From positions 1 through 64,000 of the forward strand of contig CAWJTV010000042.1 in assembly GCA_963845755.1 (NCBI GenBank): DNA of 64,000 nt, written 5' to 3'. Shown here one piece after another: positions 9,744-23,300 of this stretch (position 1 is the first letter of the stretch; every line of letters begins with the position of its first letter). The notes beneath the pieces are model-generated. The model saw only the letters and a program-made list of their open reading frames with translations. It had not been told where the DNA came from and did no database searches. The translations under genes were made by a program, and so were the position numbers. Source of the stretch: an uncultured Planctomycetota bacterium (GTDB lineage Bacteria; Planctomycetota; Planctomycetia; Isosphaerales; Isosphaeraceae).

Positions 9744-12274
9744 TTCGGTGTGTCCTTCTCGGTGGGGTCCCAGGGGTCTCGGGCGATCCACGGACTGATC
9801 TCCCACTCCTCGAGTCGTTGATAGAGTTTGTCAGCAGCCTGGCCCGGTCCCTTGAGGCGATCGCGCCAGGCGTAGTGGTCGGCCAGTTGCCATAAGGGGA
9901 TGACGGGCAACTCGTCCCTCGACTCGCGGTCGATCTGGATGGCGAGCCCCCGAGCCGTCTGCCATTCGGAGGCGCGCTCGAGCTGCAAGAGGAGCTGGAG
10001 GATCCGCGGGCTCGTGGCGGAGGCGAGCGTGTCGGCCTCGGGTGGTGCGTCATACCCGGGGCAGAGCATGGAGCCGGCATCGAGGATCGGATCGTCGCAC
10101 CTCACGACCCGGTAGGCCAGATCGAAGCGCCGCCCTGCCCGGAGCTCGGTCTCCAGGCGGGATTCCGGCACCTCGAGGGGTTCGATCTCCACCCCGGCAA
10201 GTCCGAACGCCTCGGTCAGCTGACCGACGACCGCGCGCACCTCGGGAATGGCGGGATACTCGAACTTCAGCTTGATGGGGCCGCCGCCGATCTCCTTGCG
10301 CACCGCGGTCACCAGCATCTTCGCCAGCAGCATGTCGAAGCCCAGCGGTTTGACGTTCGGCGCATCGGCGTAGTTCCCCTTGGGAAACGGCCCATCCGCG
10401 GGCGAGTCGGCATCACCCGGCTTGTGCTTGAGCACGTAGTCCTCGAGCAGGGTGCGGCGGTCCACCGCGTACGAGAGACCGCGTCGCAGTTCCCGGTTGC
10501 GCAGGGCGTGAGTTCGCCCGTCCAGCGCGATCAGGTGGACGGCCGGCTGTGCGTATCGCCCGACCAGGATTCCCGGGGCTCCGGCGAGGGCGGTAACCTG
10601 ATCGGGTGGGACGTGGTCGAGCAGGGTGACGTCACCGCGCCTCAAGGCCGTGATCGCGGCCGGCCCCGGCGGGAGCCGAACTTCACGGATGCGACGGATG
10701 TGCGGGACGCGGTTCTCGGCGTCCGATGAGGGAGACGCCTGGCGATCGTCGCGGAGTCGCAGCTCGGTCCGATCGTCGGTCGAGAGGGTGCAGCGATAGG
10801 GGCCGTTGCTGACCAGCAGACGTTCGTGGACCGAGGCAGCCACCCGGCCGTCGATCCCGGCGTGCGCCGGGCCGACCGGCTCGAGGAGCCAGCCGCCCAG
10901 TCTTGAGCGGGGAGTGGTTGAGCCGCACCTCAACCCGCGCCTCATCCTTGACCTCGACCCGGTCGAGCATGTCGGCCCACCGCGCCTCGTAGTTGGGCGA
11001 GTGCGGGTCGCTGCGGTCGATGAGGGAATGGGCGACGTCGATCGCGGAGACCGGCCGGGAGGCGTCCGACCAGGTGACTCCGGGACGGATCCGGATCGTC
11101 AGGCGACGGCCGAGGTCTGACGTCTCGATCGAGGCCGCGAGCTGGTTCGGGTGCTTCCCCGTGCGGGCGTCCTGATCGTCGGCGGCGAGGATCGGCCGGT
11201 AGAGGAGGCGGGTGAGACGCGCATCGGCCCGCGAATGGACCCACGGTCCCAGCGGGGCGGCGACATCGGTCACGCCGACATCGAGGGTCGGCGCGGCGGT
11301 GAAGGCCTGGATATAGCGGGCCTCGGCCCCGTCGAGTGTCGGCCAGATCCGGAGTGCGGCGGCGAGGGCGTCGAGCCGTTCGGGCCCGCTGGCCGCCTCC
11401 GCTTCCTTCATCCGATCCATGGCCTTGTTGATGAACAGCGCTCGTAACGTGCGGACCACGACATGCTGAGGCTCGACCTCTTCCAGCTCGTGCAGGACGC
11501 GCCGGCCGCGCGCATAGAGGCCCATCCTCAGGGCCCGCTCGATCCGCTTCCCATAGGCCCCCGCGATCTGGTCGAGGAGCCCCGGATAGTCCCGTTTCCG
11601 GCCCAGCAGCTCGCGGAGCAGCCGCAGCCCACGCTCGTCGTCCCCGTCCAGGAGGGCCTGGCTCCCTTCCCGGAACAGGACGTGGTTCACGTGATCGTCG
11701 AGTCCGGCCCACTTCGGGTTGCGCGTCTGGACGCGCAGGCAGCATTCGAACGCCCGTGCGTAGTCGTGGGCCATTACCAGCCGATGGGCCTCCTCGAGCA
11801 GCAGGTCTTCGAAGTATTCGATCTTCTTGATCGAGGACCGCTTGACCTTGAAGTCGCGAGCCTCGTTGCGTAGCCCGTGGACCAGGTGGATTTTCAACTC
11901 GTCGCGGGCATCTTCGTCCTCGGGCCGTGTACCGTCGGCTCCCTGGCGCCGGCCTTCTTCTCGGGGGCGGCCCCGACCTCGAATGGGCAATGCCGCCGGG
12001 CTCGCCCCCGCGTTGCGACGCCGACGCTCGCGCTCCTGCTTCGGATCGTAGACCGGCAATGGCCTGGGGCTGACCGGCTCGATGATCAGAACGGTCCCAT
12101 CGATGAGGGTGATTCGATCGAACGGGTTGGAGCGCAACAGCTCGGATGCACCGATCGGGGCGGGCGCCGGGGCCGGTTCCTGAGCACTTCCGGCGCCGGT
12201 GTGGTCCACACCGCCACCGCGACGACGAGAGACACCATGATAGACACCGGTGACGACTGGGCTGAACGGTGCAC
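9740..12274 (-). CDS. ABC transporter substrate-binding family 5-like protein with long N-terminal helical region; frameshifts near 12200 and 10900
   Basis: IRPGVTWSD, SNGPY, LRRGLSYAVDR, LPVIPLWQ motifs spread across ORFs 10683..12209 and 9740..10945. Confidence 0.75.
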
Positions 12275-12340
12275 GACAGGAACTCCTCTGATAAAAACAT
12301 TACCGTTAAATTAGTGATAAGTTTACATTAAATTCTTCTT

Positions 12341-15300
12341 TTAAGGATTGGAGGCTCCCAGGGTCTCGAGTGCCAGCGGGCGGATGGTTCCCGGTGCGAC
12401 GGCGATCATCGCCTCGCGGCCCGTCGCGATCGGTCCGCCGGCGGGCAAGATTCCGAGCACCCGACGGTCCAGGGGGGCGCCGTCGGAGCGGGCGCGGAGA
12501 TGCAGGACGCCGTCGCCGGTCAGGAACGCGAGGGACCGGCCGATGACCTGAGGCGGTCCGACGACTTCCGCGCCGAGCTTGATCGACCAGATCCGCTGCC
12601 CGTCGCGCCCGAAAGCCATCACCCCTCCCGCGCGATCCATGGCCAGGCCGCCGTCGCCCAGGCTGACCGGCCCGCCCGCGATCGGGGCCTCGAGCTTCCA
12701 GGCACCAACCGGGCTGAGGTCTCTGGCGGCGAGCGACCGGATCCGTCGGTCGGCCGTCGCCAGCACCACGGCGCTTCCCGTCAACGCCGGATCGCTGACG
12801 ATGCGACTGTCGAGGGTCGTCTCGGCCTCGGCGATCAATCGTGGGACCGGTGAGGTCTTCAGGCCCAGCCGGCGGACGCGTCCCACGTCGTCGGCCAGCG
12901 ACGACCGTGTCCCGATCCAGGGGCACGGGCGCACGCCAGGTCCCCTGCCGGTCGCGATCGAACTGCGGTACGAATGGCTCGGCGCGCGACGTCCCCATGA
13001 CCGGGTCGATCAGGTAGACGCGCCCATCCGCCCCGGGGATCAGGACGCCGTCGCCCCAGACCATCGGATCCGCCGACAACGCCGCGGGCAGCCGTACGTC
13101 CCGCCAGCCGCCCGGTCGGGTCGAATCCTGCACCCAGAGCACATCGGAGTACGGCTGGGGAGCGACCACCAGGATCGACTTACCGGCCCGGTCGATGCGG
13201 AGGCGCAAGCCGGTCGGAAGCGCGAATTCGCCGGGTCGCGGCACCGGCAGGACGAGGAATCCTCCTCGCGTCATCTGCTCGGGAGAGATCGCGACCTCCT
13301 GGCCATCCCGGCCGAGCGTGGTCAGTCCCATCGAATCCGCCGATCGGGCCAGCGGCGATGGCCAGGGTGCCCCGACCACCGTCCTCCATACGACCGCGGC
13401 TTTTTCGGGATCGATCCCCCAGAGCGCCACCCCGCCGGACGCACGATCTTGGAACGTGGCGACGATCACGTTGGCTGCGAACTGGATCGGCGCCTGCGCG
13501 GGACCGGGGACCGGAAGGGGGGCCGCCGGCAGGATCGACCCGTGCTCGGGGTCGAGGACGTACTTTCCCGGATGGCCCGATGCGGCCCACATCTCGCGCT
13601 CGGATCGTGCCAGGGCGAAGGCCGGTCCCGAGGCGACCGCGTCGGCGGCCAACTTCGCCACCGAGCGGAACGGCGTCTTGCTGCCGTAGTCCCCCACCGC
13701 GAACGCCTCGAACCCCCCCTTGTCTCCGGTCGCCCAGACGATCTGCCCGGACTCGGCCGGAGTCTGCCATGTCCAGCCCGCAACCTTCAAATCCTGAACC
13801 AGCCGCACCTTGCCGCCCTCGCTATCCAGGACCAGGACCTGCCAGATGCTGTCGTTCAGCGTATCATTTTGGGGGATGACCAGGAACCGGCCCAGTCGCG
13901 CCGCGCGCAGGGGATCGAGCCGTCCAGATGTCCCAGGTATTCCACGGCGGCGCAGGCCAGGGGGTCGCGTGTCAGGATGAACAGGCAATCCTGCCGGCCG
14001 GCGATATAAAGATGCCGGCCCGATTCGTCGTGGACGGGCATCCGGGCCAGGGGACGACCCAGGTTCACGGTCGCCTGGATCTCGCCCGAGTCCAGCGCGA
14101 TCATGGCCAGCTTTCCCGAGGGGAGCACCTGGGCGAGCTGGTTCCCGACCACCAGGGGAGGGTCGGACACGCGCTCGCGAAGCTCCAGCCGCCAGGCCAG
14201 TGCGCCGCTCCGGGAATCCAGGCGGAGCAGCTCATCGGACCGGGCGTCGAAGACGATCGCGGCCGCTTCGCCCGAGACGGGCTGGGGAACGAACGGCGAA
14301 GCGAGGCCCACGGGCACCTGCCACAACGGGGCACCGCTGGTCGCATCGAGCCCGTACGCGAAGCCGTCCGCCAGGGCGAATACAATCGATTCGGGCGACG
14401 GGGTGCCCGCGGCTGCATCGATCCGGCTCCGGAACACCACACTGGTCGCCGGGCCGAGCGGGTCGGGCCGGGCCGACCGCGAGGCCGGCCGGCGCGTCGT
14501 ATCGATCGTCACGGCCTTCCGAATGAGCTCGTTGGCCGCGGTCATCCGGGCGATTAGATCCCGATCGTGGGCGAGGTCGGCGTACCGGTCGACCAGGTCG
14601 TCCCGCGCCTGGTAGACGCCGCGCCGCCGATTCCTCCTTGATGGCCTGATCCATCGCGGCGAGGGCTTGGCGCGGACCTGGGCCTTGAGCACGGCCGCCC
14701 GGGCCTCGGCCAGCTTCGAGGGGAGCGGCGACCGGCCCAGGAACGCCGCGGCCGGCTCGCCCTGCGATCCGTGCGTGGAGCTTTACCGCCGATTCCGCCT
14801 CGGTCAGCGCCTTCGAAATCCGCGCCACGCCGCGCCCGGTCGGCCAGGCCCTCTCCGATCTGGATCACAACCTCGGCGAGCTCGGTCCGCTCGTCGCGGA
14901 ACTCTTCGAGCTTGCCGGTCCGTTCCAGCATCTCCCGGGCCGCCTCCAGCGCCGAGGTCCAGGTCGAGCCGTTCGGCGAAAGGTGTTGCCGCACGTTGGC
15001 CAGGGCCCGCTTCACCCGCGCCTTGCCGGCCCGCGCGTCTTCGGGATTGCCCTGGAGGAACGTGTCGAAGTCGCGGATCGCGGTTCGATAATCGCCGTCG
15101 TCGAAATTCTGCACTCCCTGATTGTAAGCCCGGTTGGCCACGGTGCTCGCGATGATGGACCTGAGCCAGAAGCCCATGCCGACGAGGACCACGAACGCGG
15201 CGATCAGTCCCAGGACCAGCGGCGAGGAGGCGATGTGTTCCCGGCCGGGGGCCGAGTGGGAGACCGGTATCCATTGCCGGATGGTCTGCAACAAGCCGCG

Positions 15301-15867
15301 ACGCGCGACAGCGGCTCCTTCTTCCTCCGTCGCCATCGCCGCGGATCCCTTCTTGGACCCCAGATCACCGACCAGCGGGATTCCCCCAAGCTCGTCGGCG
15401 GGCGGCTGGCCCGGCGCTCGGTAGCTCAAGCGGGGCAGAGGCTGAGGGCGAGACGAGCGGCCGACCTCTTCCTGCATCGCGGATCGCAACGATTCCGGGC
15501 GGGTCGGCGGCGGCATGACCCGCGTCTTTCCCTCGTCGGCCTTCGGATTCGCCCGGCTGGCCAGCTCCGGCGCACCCTCCAACCGGAGCACAAACATGCG
15601 GCAGGAGCCGACGATAATCTCATCGCCCTGGCGGACGCTCCCGGCAGCCATCTTGCGGCCGTTGATCGTCACGAATTCGGCGTCCGGGGAAGCCTCGAAC
15701 TTCACCCGGTCCGACTTCCAGCGGATCCGGCCGTGAACCGGCTTGATCTCCGGACCGTCCAGGATGATCTCACACGCGGGACTCGTTCCGAACAGGATCA
15801 TCTGGTTGCGTTCCAGCTCGACGAACTGGACGCGACCCTGACCGTCATGGATTTCCAGAGTGGCCAT
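12341..15867 (-). CDS. FHA domain + TM + TPR + PQQ-like beta-propeller protein; several frameshifts
   Basis: FHA-like N-terminus (FGTSPACEIIL..VHGRI..INGR..GDEIIVG), TM helix, repeated LDAxxGxxxW propeller blades across ORFs 14554..15867, 13856..14692, 12306..13988 and 12341..12934. Confidence 0.75.
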
Positions 15868-15868
15868 G

Positions 15869-15903
15869 CTCAGTTTTCGGTTTTCAGTTTTCCGTGTTCA
15901 GTA
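15869..15903. repeat. Heptamer tandem repeat (CAGTTTT-like, about 4-5 units)
   Basis: cagttttcggttttcagttttccgtgttcagt immediately upstream of the FHA gene start. Confidence 0.6.
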
Positions 15904-15971
15904 TATCGCTCGGCTCCCGTTTTCCGATTTTCGCGAAGGCACTGTCCGAGACTGGCATCCGGGCTTGGCAC

Positions 15972-16023
15972 GGTGGGTGAAACCCACCGGGATCGGGCGG
16001 ATTCTTGGTGGGTTTCACCCACC
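15972..16023. repeat. REP-like doublet, perfect 17-bp inverted repeat GGTGGGTGAAACCCACC
   Basis: 15972-15988 is the exact reverse complement of 16007-16023; each arm is itself a hairpin. Confidence 0.85.
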
Positions 16024-16100
16024 CTAAGGGTCCTCGGACCCCCTTCTTGATGAGGCGCCTCTCCGGAGAACGGAACAGTGCACATGGGAGCGAAGCGACC

Positions 16101-17061
16101 CTACCTGAGAGCTTCCTGGGCGATCACCTTGAAATCGTAGCTATTGCCCGAGGGTACGACCTGGAATCGCGTCACGCGAATCTCGGCCGGCTGCCTTCCA
16201 CGATACCTCACTTCGAGCTGGCGAAGTCGGTCCTCGATGCCGGCCGGATAGAACTGGAACACGACATCGCCGACCTCGACTCCCGCCTTCTTCAAGAGCG
16301 CAATATCGGAACGCCTTCCTTCCGCTGCCCTGCCAGAGGAAATACAGGCGCCGGTCGCTCTTGCCCGAGCCGAATCGTTTCGTCGGCTCGGCGCTGGAGA
16401 AATTGGAGACGTATTCGAGCTGGTTCGGGGGGACGACCACGGCCAGCTCGACATGCAGGGCATCGAGCTGGCGGGCATATTCCTCGGGCGACTGGCCGTC
16501 GTTGAAGATGATGCTCCAGCGCTGCTCGGGAGCGACTCCGCCGTCACCGGGCCCCATCCCGAGGCCCGGCCCGCCGGTCCCGAGCTTGGAGGCGCGCTTG
16601 CCGCTGGCGACGGCCGAGCCGCTGGGCATGACGGCCCCGAGATCCATCTCCGCCAGGTTTTCGCCGACCTGAGCAACGGCGTCGAGCATGGCTCCCGGTG
16701 CCTGTTGCACGGAAGGCTCCTCGAAATCACCCGGAGTTTCCTCGTTGTTCGAGGCGAATGCCGCGGCGTCGGCACCGGCGACGTCGACCTTCTCGGTCGA
16801 GCCGGCGGTCCCTTCGGGAGTGCCCCCGCCGCCGCCGGTCACCTCGATGATCTGGAGGGGCGACGTCACGCGCGAGGCGTATGCCTGGTTGCTCACATAA
16901 ACCAGGGCCAACCAGCCCACCACCAGGATCGCGCCCAGGACGACCGCCATGAGGAACGAGGTGACCTGGTCATACCGCGATTCGCCGAGCACCCGCGGCT
17001 CGACGCCCGGATGGGGTTCCTCCGCCTTCGCGGGCGCGGCGTTCGTGACGGGTGTGGTCAT
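16101..17061 (-). CDS. Membrane-anchored hypothetical protein; frameshift near 16320
   Basis: TM helix, Gly-rich linker; C-terminus continues in ORF 16101..16775; ATG overlaps upstream stop. Confidence 0.7.
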
Positions 17062-18703
17062 GGGGTTGAGCTCCCTGGCGGCGACCCGGCCGCGGATGCC
17101 GCGCCGGTTCCGGGCGGTCGGGGCACGGGATTGTCATCGTCATCGAGATCCAGCGGGCGGATCGCGTTGAACCACTCGCGCCACTTGTCCACGGCGGCCC
17201 GGCGCTCCTCGGGAGTCGAGGGGCTCGGCGGGCCCGGGCCCTCGATCTTGCGGCTGAGGATTTGAAGGCCGAGTCTCGCGGAGTTGACGACATCGTCGTC
17301 CGGATCCATCAGGACCTCGATCAGCGGAGGGACGACATCCATGTCGCCGGTATGGGCCAGTGCCCAGGCGGCGACCCGGCGGATCGCCGGGGTCTCGATC
17401 GGTGAGCATCTTCCGGAACCGCGTCTTGAACGGCCGGAGCGCGTCCGGGCCCTCGCGGTAATACCGGTCGACCAGTCCGGCCACGGCCGCGTCGGCCTGT
17501 TCCGCGCGGGGGTCTTCCAGCACGGCGAGCATCCCCTCGATCGCACCGTTCATGGGACGGCTCACGACGCGCCCGCCGGCCACAGTCATGGACGACAGGT
17601 CCGTCGGCAGCCCGCGCCCACCGAGGAGCGTGCCCGCCCCCAGCCGCTGGATGTGGATGCGCTTCAAGGTCTTGGCCGTCGACTTGGTCAAGAACAGCAT
17701 GGCCCAGACCGTGTTCATCTCGGTCCCGTGCGCACCCTGCCAGGAGCCGTCGGTTTTGCTGGTTGGCACGGATGTACGCACGCCCCCGTTCGAACCAATC
17801 GAGCCGGCCGATGGTCTGACGTTCGGCAAGGGCCCCGATCCGCTCGATGCCATAGAGCATGTAAAAAGGGGACGGCCCGGCGATCGTCTTGTCCGGCGCG
17901 AAATGGCCGGAGATCCACTCCATGCCGTGGCGGACGGCCTGGTCGATCTGCTGATTCGGGATGGAGGGTTTGAAGTCGTTGTGAGGATCCGCCGAGAGTG
18001 CCTTGAGCAGCGAGCTGGTTTCGCGGCGGTCCTGACGGTACCGATCGAGCTGCCGCTGACAGATCAGGAGGGAGCCGACCCCGGCGGCGGTCATCGAGAG
18101 CGTCTCGTTATACTGGGCCTCATCGTTGTGATACACCCAGGCCCCGTTCGCGTGCTGGTTCTTCAGATACCAGGAGGCGGCGCGCTCCCAGACCGAGGGC
18201 GACATCTCGACGCCCGCGTTCTCGGCCTCCCAGAGGCCGAGGATGGCATACTGCGTGATCGAGGTATCGCCGAAGTCGCGCCCGGAGTAGTCCCACGCCC
18301 CGCCGGGTCGCTGCTCGCTGAGGATGTAATTGGCGATCATCGTGAGTTCGTGGCGGTGTGCCGCCGCGTCGAGGTTCGCCAGCGCCATCGCCGCCGCCGC
18401 CGCCTCGTAGATGGCCGGACCGCTGGGGCGTTCCGGCTCATAGCTGCCGCTGGTGAACCGGGCTCGGAACCGGTCCACACAGCTCATCAGCACCGGATCG
18501 CTGGTCGGCACCTCAGCTTTCAGGAGCCCCAGTGCGATCATGGCCGATTCACCGGCCCCGTGATGGCCGTGCTGCTTCAGGTACCGGACCCCCGCCAGGA
18601 CGGCGGGTTCCTGTTGACTGTACGCTGGTCCATTGTCGATCGCGATCAAGATCGTCGCGAGCCAGATCCAGGGCCCGGCCAGGTTCCCGCTCCGAGGTCT
18701 CAT
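17058..18703 (-). CDS. Prenyltransferase/squalene-oxidase repeat protein with C-terminal HEAT repeat; frameshifts near 17755 and 17395
   Basis: QRPGGAWDY, DTSITQYAILGL, QHANGAWVY, SMTAAG, YMLYGIERIG, DGSW; HEAT motif RRVAAWALAHTGD. Confidence 0.8.
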
Positions 18704-19103
18704 GGTGGATTTCTACCTTGCGACGATGGCGACGAATTCCTTTGGATATGCCCTGCACTCACCCAACTCTCAATTGTATCCGGTCGCGCGCGGGTTGCGA
18801 ACGGCTTGTTGACGATTTGGAGAGTCCTGGGCGATTGCCACGGGATCATGGGGGCGGCGTGGTGACCGGCTCCGACAACTCGACTGATTCCACGGGAGGA
18901 TTGAGGACATTGGGACGATCCGCGGAATCCGGGCATTTGGGCTCCCGAGCCCTCAGTCGCGGCGAGAGATACGACGCGACTGGCGTTGACGCCTGCTTCA
19001 CGACAGCCGTGGCGCTCCCAGGAGAGCCCGGTTTCGTCGAGACGGTCTCCAAATCGGCCGTGGATCCGAACGATGCCGACTCGAAGGGCCCGGCGATGCC
19101 GAA

Positions 19104-20340
19104 TCAATTCCACGGAGAGGCCGAGTCTCCCGTATCCCGCCCGACCGCTCTGAAGAGCGCCTCGTACTGCTCGGCCAGGCGGCTGGGATCCCATCTCCGC
19201 GCCTCGGCTTTGGCGTGGGCGCGGTGCCTGGCTTCGAACTCGGGATCGTCCCACAACCGTTCGATCGTCGCCACCCAGGGGGCCACCTCGCGCGCGGTCG
19301 GGATCGCGAGGTCCGTCGGCGTGTACCGTTCGGGGATCGTGAACGCGAACCCGGCCTCGCCCAGCGTTTCGGGCAAAGCACCCCGGTCGCTGGCCAGCAC
19401 GGGGATCCCGTTGGCCATCGCCTCCACCGCCACCCGGCCCAGTGACTCGCGCCAGAGTGACGGCATCAGCACCACCCGGCTGAGCCGGTAGAAGTCACGC
19501 GGGTCGGGCGTGTTGGCCATCCGGTTCAGGTTGGTCAGTCCCGAGAGGTCCACCGGCAGCCGGGCCAGCGAATCCGACGTCCCCCGGCCCTCGACGACCA
19601 GCAGCGGGATATCGGGCCGCCGACGGCCCAGCTCCATCGCGATCCGGGCGAAGACCGTGAGGCCCTTCTCCGGCTGCGGGTTGACGAACGTGACATAACG
19701 CGGGTCGGGGTCCTCGGCCATGGCCCGGTCGAGTCGGATCGGGTCGGAGATCACCGGCCCCTCCAGGCCGATCCGGCGATGGTGGAATCGCCGCGAATAC
19801 TCCGAGGGGAAGAGGACGGTCGCGGTGTCCTGGAAGCCGCGGCGGTCGTTGTAGCCGAAGTTGTGCAGGTGGAAGACGACCGGCGTCCCGCTGGCGCGGA
19901 CGCGACGCATCAGTTCCAGGCTGACGGGATGGCCGCCGTAGGTCAGGAGGGCCTGGGGCTGGAACCGGTCGAGCACCTGCTGGACCAGGTCGAGGAAGAG
20001 CGCGCCTTCGCGCGGGCCGGGCGAACGCTCGGCCCGGCTGGAGGTCGTGGGCATGATCGTGACGCGGACGCCCCCGGTCTCCAGGTCGACCACCTCCGCG
20101 GACCCGCCGCGACCGAGCGCCGCATTCATCCGACGGGCCGAGCCGTCGAGCTCGAGGAGGCCCAGAAGCTGCTCGACCGAGGTCTCGCCCTGGTAGTCGA
20201 GGATCCCGCAGGTCAGCGCGCGGCAATCCCAGCCGCGGGAAGCCAGCAGCTCCAGTACCTCGCGGCTACAGATGGCCGCCCCGCTGGCCGGATCGAGGTA
20301 GCAGTGGATCGAGGCGAACAGGAGCCGGTTCGGTCTTCAT
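19104..20340 (-). CDS. GT4 (GT-B) glycosyltransferase; frameshifts near 20325 and 20130
   Basis: RLLFASIHCYLDPASGAA read in an alternate frame; VTFVNPQPEKG, LMPSLWRESLGRVAVEAMANGIPVLASDRGALPE; ATG at 20340 overlaps upstream stop. Confidence 0.88.
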
Positions 20341-23300
20341 CGATTCGACTCCTCGGGGTCGAACTCCCGGAGCTTCGCCATCGCCTCGCGATCGCCGGGG
20401 CATTCGGCGAGCACCGCGCGCCACAGCCGGACCGCCTCGTCACGGTCGCCGCGCTCGGCGGCCAGGGCGGCGAGGTTGCGACGAGTCAGATGTCCGTAGA
20501 TCCCCTGGTCGAGGCTGGCGAACTGCTCGGGGCGGCGGAGGGTCAGGATCCTGCCGCCAGCACCGCTCGGCGCCCTCGGCGTCGCCCGCATGCCGCCGGA
20601 CCACCGCCTCGCGGAAGAGCAATTCGGCGTCGGCGGGATCCAGGGCCAGTCCCGCGGCGCAGGCGGCCAGGGCCTGGTCGGGCTCGGCGAGCATCTGGTG
20701 CGCCCGCGGCGATCAGCGCATAGAGCTTCCGCGTGATCGAGTCGCTCGGCGCCGAGCCGGCCAGGCTGCGGCGGAGCAATTCCAGCGCCTCGCGCCAGTC
20801 CTGACGCTCGATCGCGATGGCGCCGAGGTTGAACAGGACGAACGGGTCATCGGGCCGTTCGGCCAGCTCCTCGCCGAGGATGCGTTCATCGCGCCGGAGC
20901 TTCCGCGCCCGGAGGGCCCGGTCGGTGTACCCCGTGTGCCGCACGGTGAGATCGGTCCAGCGCACGGGGATCTTCGCCCGCCGCAGGGCCGGCAAGATCT
21001 GCTCGTGGACGCGATAGGTCCAGCGAATCCCCTCGCGGAGCGGGAATAGCCGGATATGATCGACGACCGTTTCGCCGCCGCTGCCATCTTCGCCGGGATC
21101 ACACGCACACCGCACGACGTAACCGCAATCGTGATCCGACCGCAGCGAGTCGAGCAGCGCCTGCAACGTCTCGCGCTCGGGCGGCTCGACCACGTCGTCG
21201 GCATCGAGCCAGAAGGCGTAATCGCCGGTCGCCCGCGCCAGGGCGGCATTGCGAGCCGCGGCGAAGTCATCAACCCAGGCGAAATCGAACACCCGCGCAC
21301 CGAAGGATCGAGCCACCTCGACCGTACGGTCGGTGCTGCCGGTATCGACGACTACGATCTCATCGAAGATCCCCCGCACCGACTCGAGGCATTTCGGAAG
21401 GTTCTTTTCCTCGTCGCGGACGATCATCGTCAAGCTGACTCGGGCCCGCTGTCGGTGGTCCGTTGTTCGTTCAGACACCGACCGCCCAGGAAGCGGGGCG
21501 TCTGGTGCCGAAGACCGAAAGTTGAGGGCCGAGGTGGATCCGGAATCCGGAATCCAGAATCCGGAATCCGGAATCCAGAATCCGGAATCCGGAATCGGGT
21601 TCGTCCAGGCCCTCAGCTCAACCCGCCGGCCGATCGGCACACCCGGCCCCCACTTCCCGGCGAACCGCCGCTCATTTTCCTCCAGCAGCGCCGACGCGTC
21701 GACCCCGTTGCCGACGAACGTCCGGCTGCCGAAGTGGTGGACGAACAGGTCCTTCGCCACGGCCAGCTCGAACCCGGCCACGACGCGCCCGCACGGCCAG
21801 GTCGTCGTCATCGAACAACCCCAGCCCGAACCGCTCATCCAGCCCGCCGACGGCGTCGTAGACCGCCCGCGTCATGAGCAGGCAGAAGCCCGACAGCTTC
21901 CCCACCGTGAACCACTGCCCGCGATGCCGATCGCGCCACCGTCGGGCGAAGGCGTGCATCTCGTCCAGGTCGCGATACGGCACATCTCTCGACGCCTTGC
22001 GGCGGCGCGGCGTAATTCGACATCGGCCCCACGAGGCCAATCCGGTTCGGAGCCGGTCTCTCGACCGCGCCTGGGGAAGGAAAACGGGGACTGGCTCCCG
22101 GCCCAAGATAATCGGGGCTTTCGCGCGAACGATCGGCTGAGGTCGGGTGCCTGTCCCCGTTTTCCGCGAGATGCCGCCCCGCATCGCGCTCGGCGCAGGT
22201 CTCCCGACCCCGCCGCTGTTCGGACCGGAGGTCTCCTGATCCTCCGTTCCCGCCCGCACTGCCGTCAACGCGATGAGCTGATCGAGCCACCCATCGGTGA
22301 CGACCGCGTCATTGTTGAGCAAGACGAGGTACTCACCACGTGCGGCCTGCAAGCCCTGGTTGATGGCCCGCGGAAACCCGACGTTCTGGGCATTCGCGAT
22401 GATCGTGACCGGCACGCCCGACGCGTCCTGGACTCCGGCCAGGTAATCGCCGGTCCCATCGGTCGAGCCGTTATCGATGACGATCAGCTCCCACGGCCGG
22501 CGCGTGTGACGGAACAAACCCTGGACGCACAACCGGGTGAACTCCCGCTGGTTCCAGCAGGGGACGATGATCGAGGCCAGGCGAGGCATGCGGTCCACCT
22601 GGTCGTCCATACCAGGCTCGGCCAGCGCCGAGGATCTGACCGCGTCCGCGGACGTCCCGTGACTGGTGCGCCTAACGGTTGAGTCGCGCACGCTTTCGGG
22701 CGATGCGAATACACCCCCCCGAACCCCCCCTTCGTAAGGAGGGGGACAGGAAATGGGGCACTCCTCCTCAATCTTCCCCCCCTTACGAAGGGGGGGTTCG
22801 GGGGGGTTCTTCTGTCGAGGACTTCGAGTGTGCGCAACCCAACCGTTCCGCGTTCCAGGCGACCGCCCGCACATCCCGTCCTGGAGGGCCGACCCCACGG
22901 GCCGCGCCAGCGATCCGCTCCCCGCCTCGGCATTCCCCAGCACGAACACCTGCCCCTCGCGGTCGAACAGCGCGCACGGCGTCGCCACCGGCAGCCGACC
23001 GGCCCACTTGCGGGCGAACACCCGCGCACTGCGAACGAACGACTCGGTCAAGCCGACGTTCCGCGAGTTGTGCCGGCACGGGGCCTCCAGCGCGACGACC
23101 GCCAGTCCGCGCTCGCCGGCCTGGAGGCAGAGATCGGCCCCATAGAGGTGGAACCCCAGCTCGGTGTCGAACCGGAGCGGCGAATCCCGCCGTATGATGA
23201 GCAACAGCTCATCCAGCGTGACGACCGGCGCGGGCAGGTCCGGCCCGTGGAGCAGGACGCGATCCCGATCCACGACCCGGCCGATCCTCCGCACCGCGGG

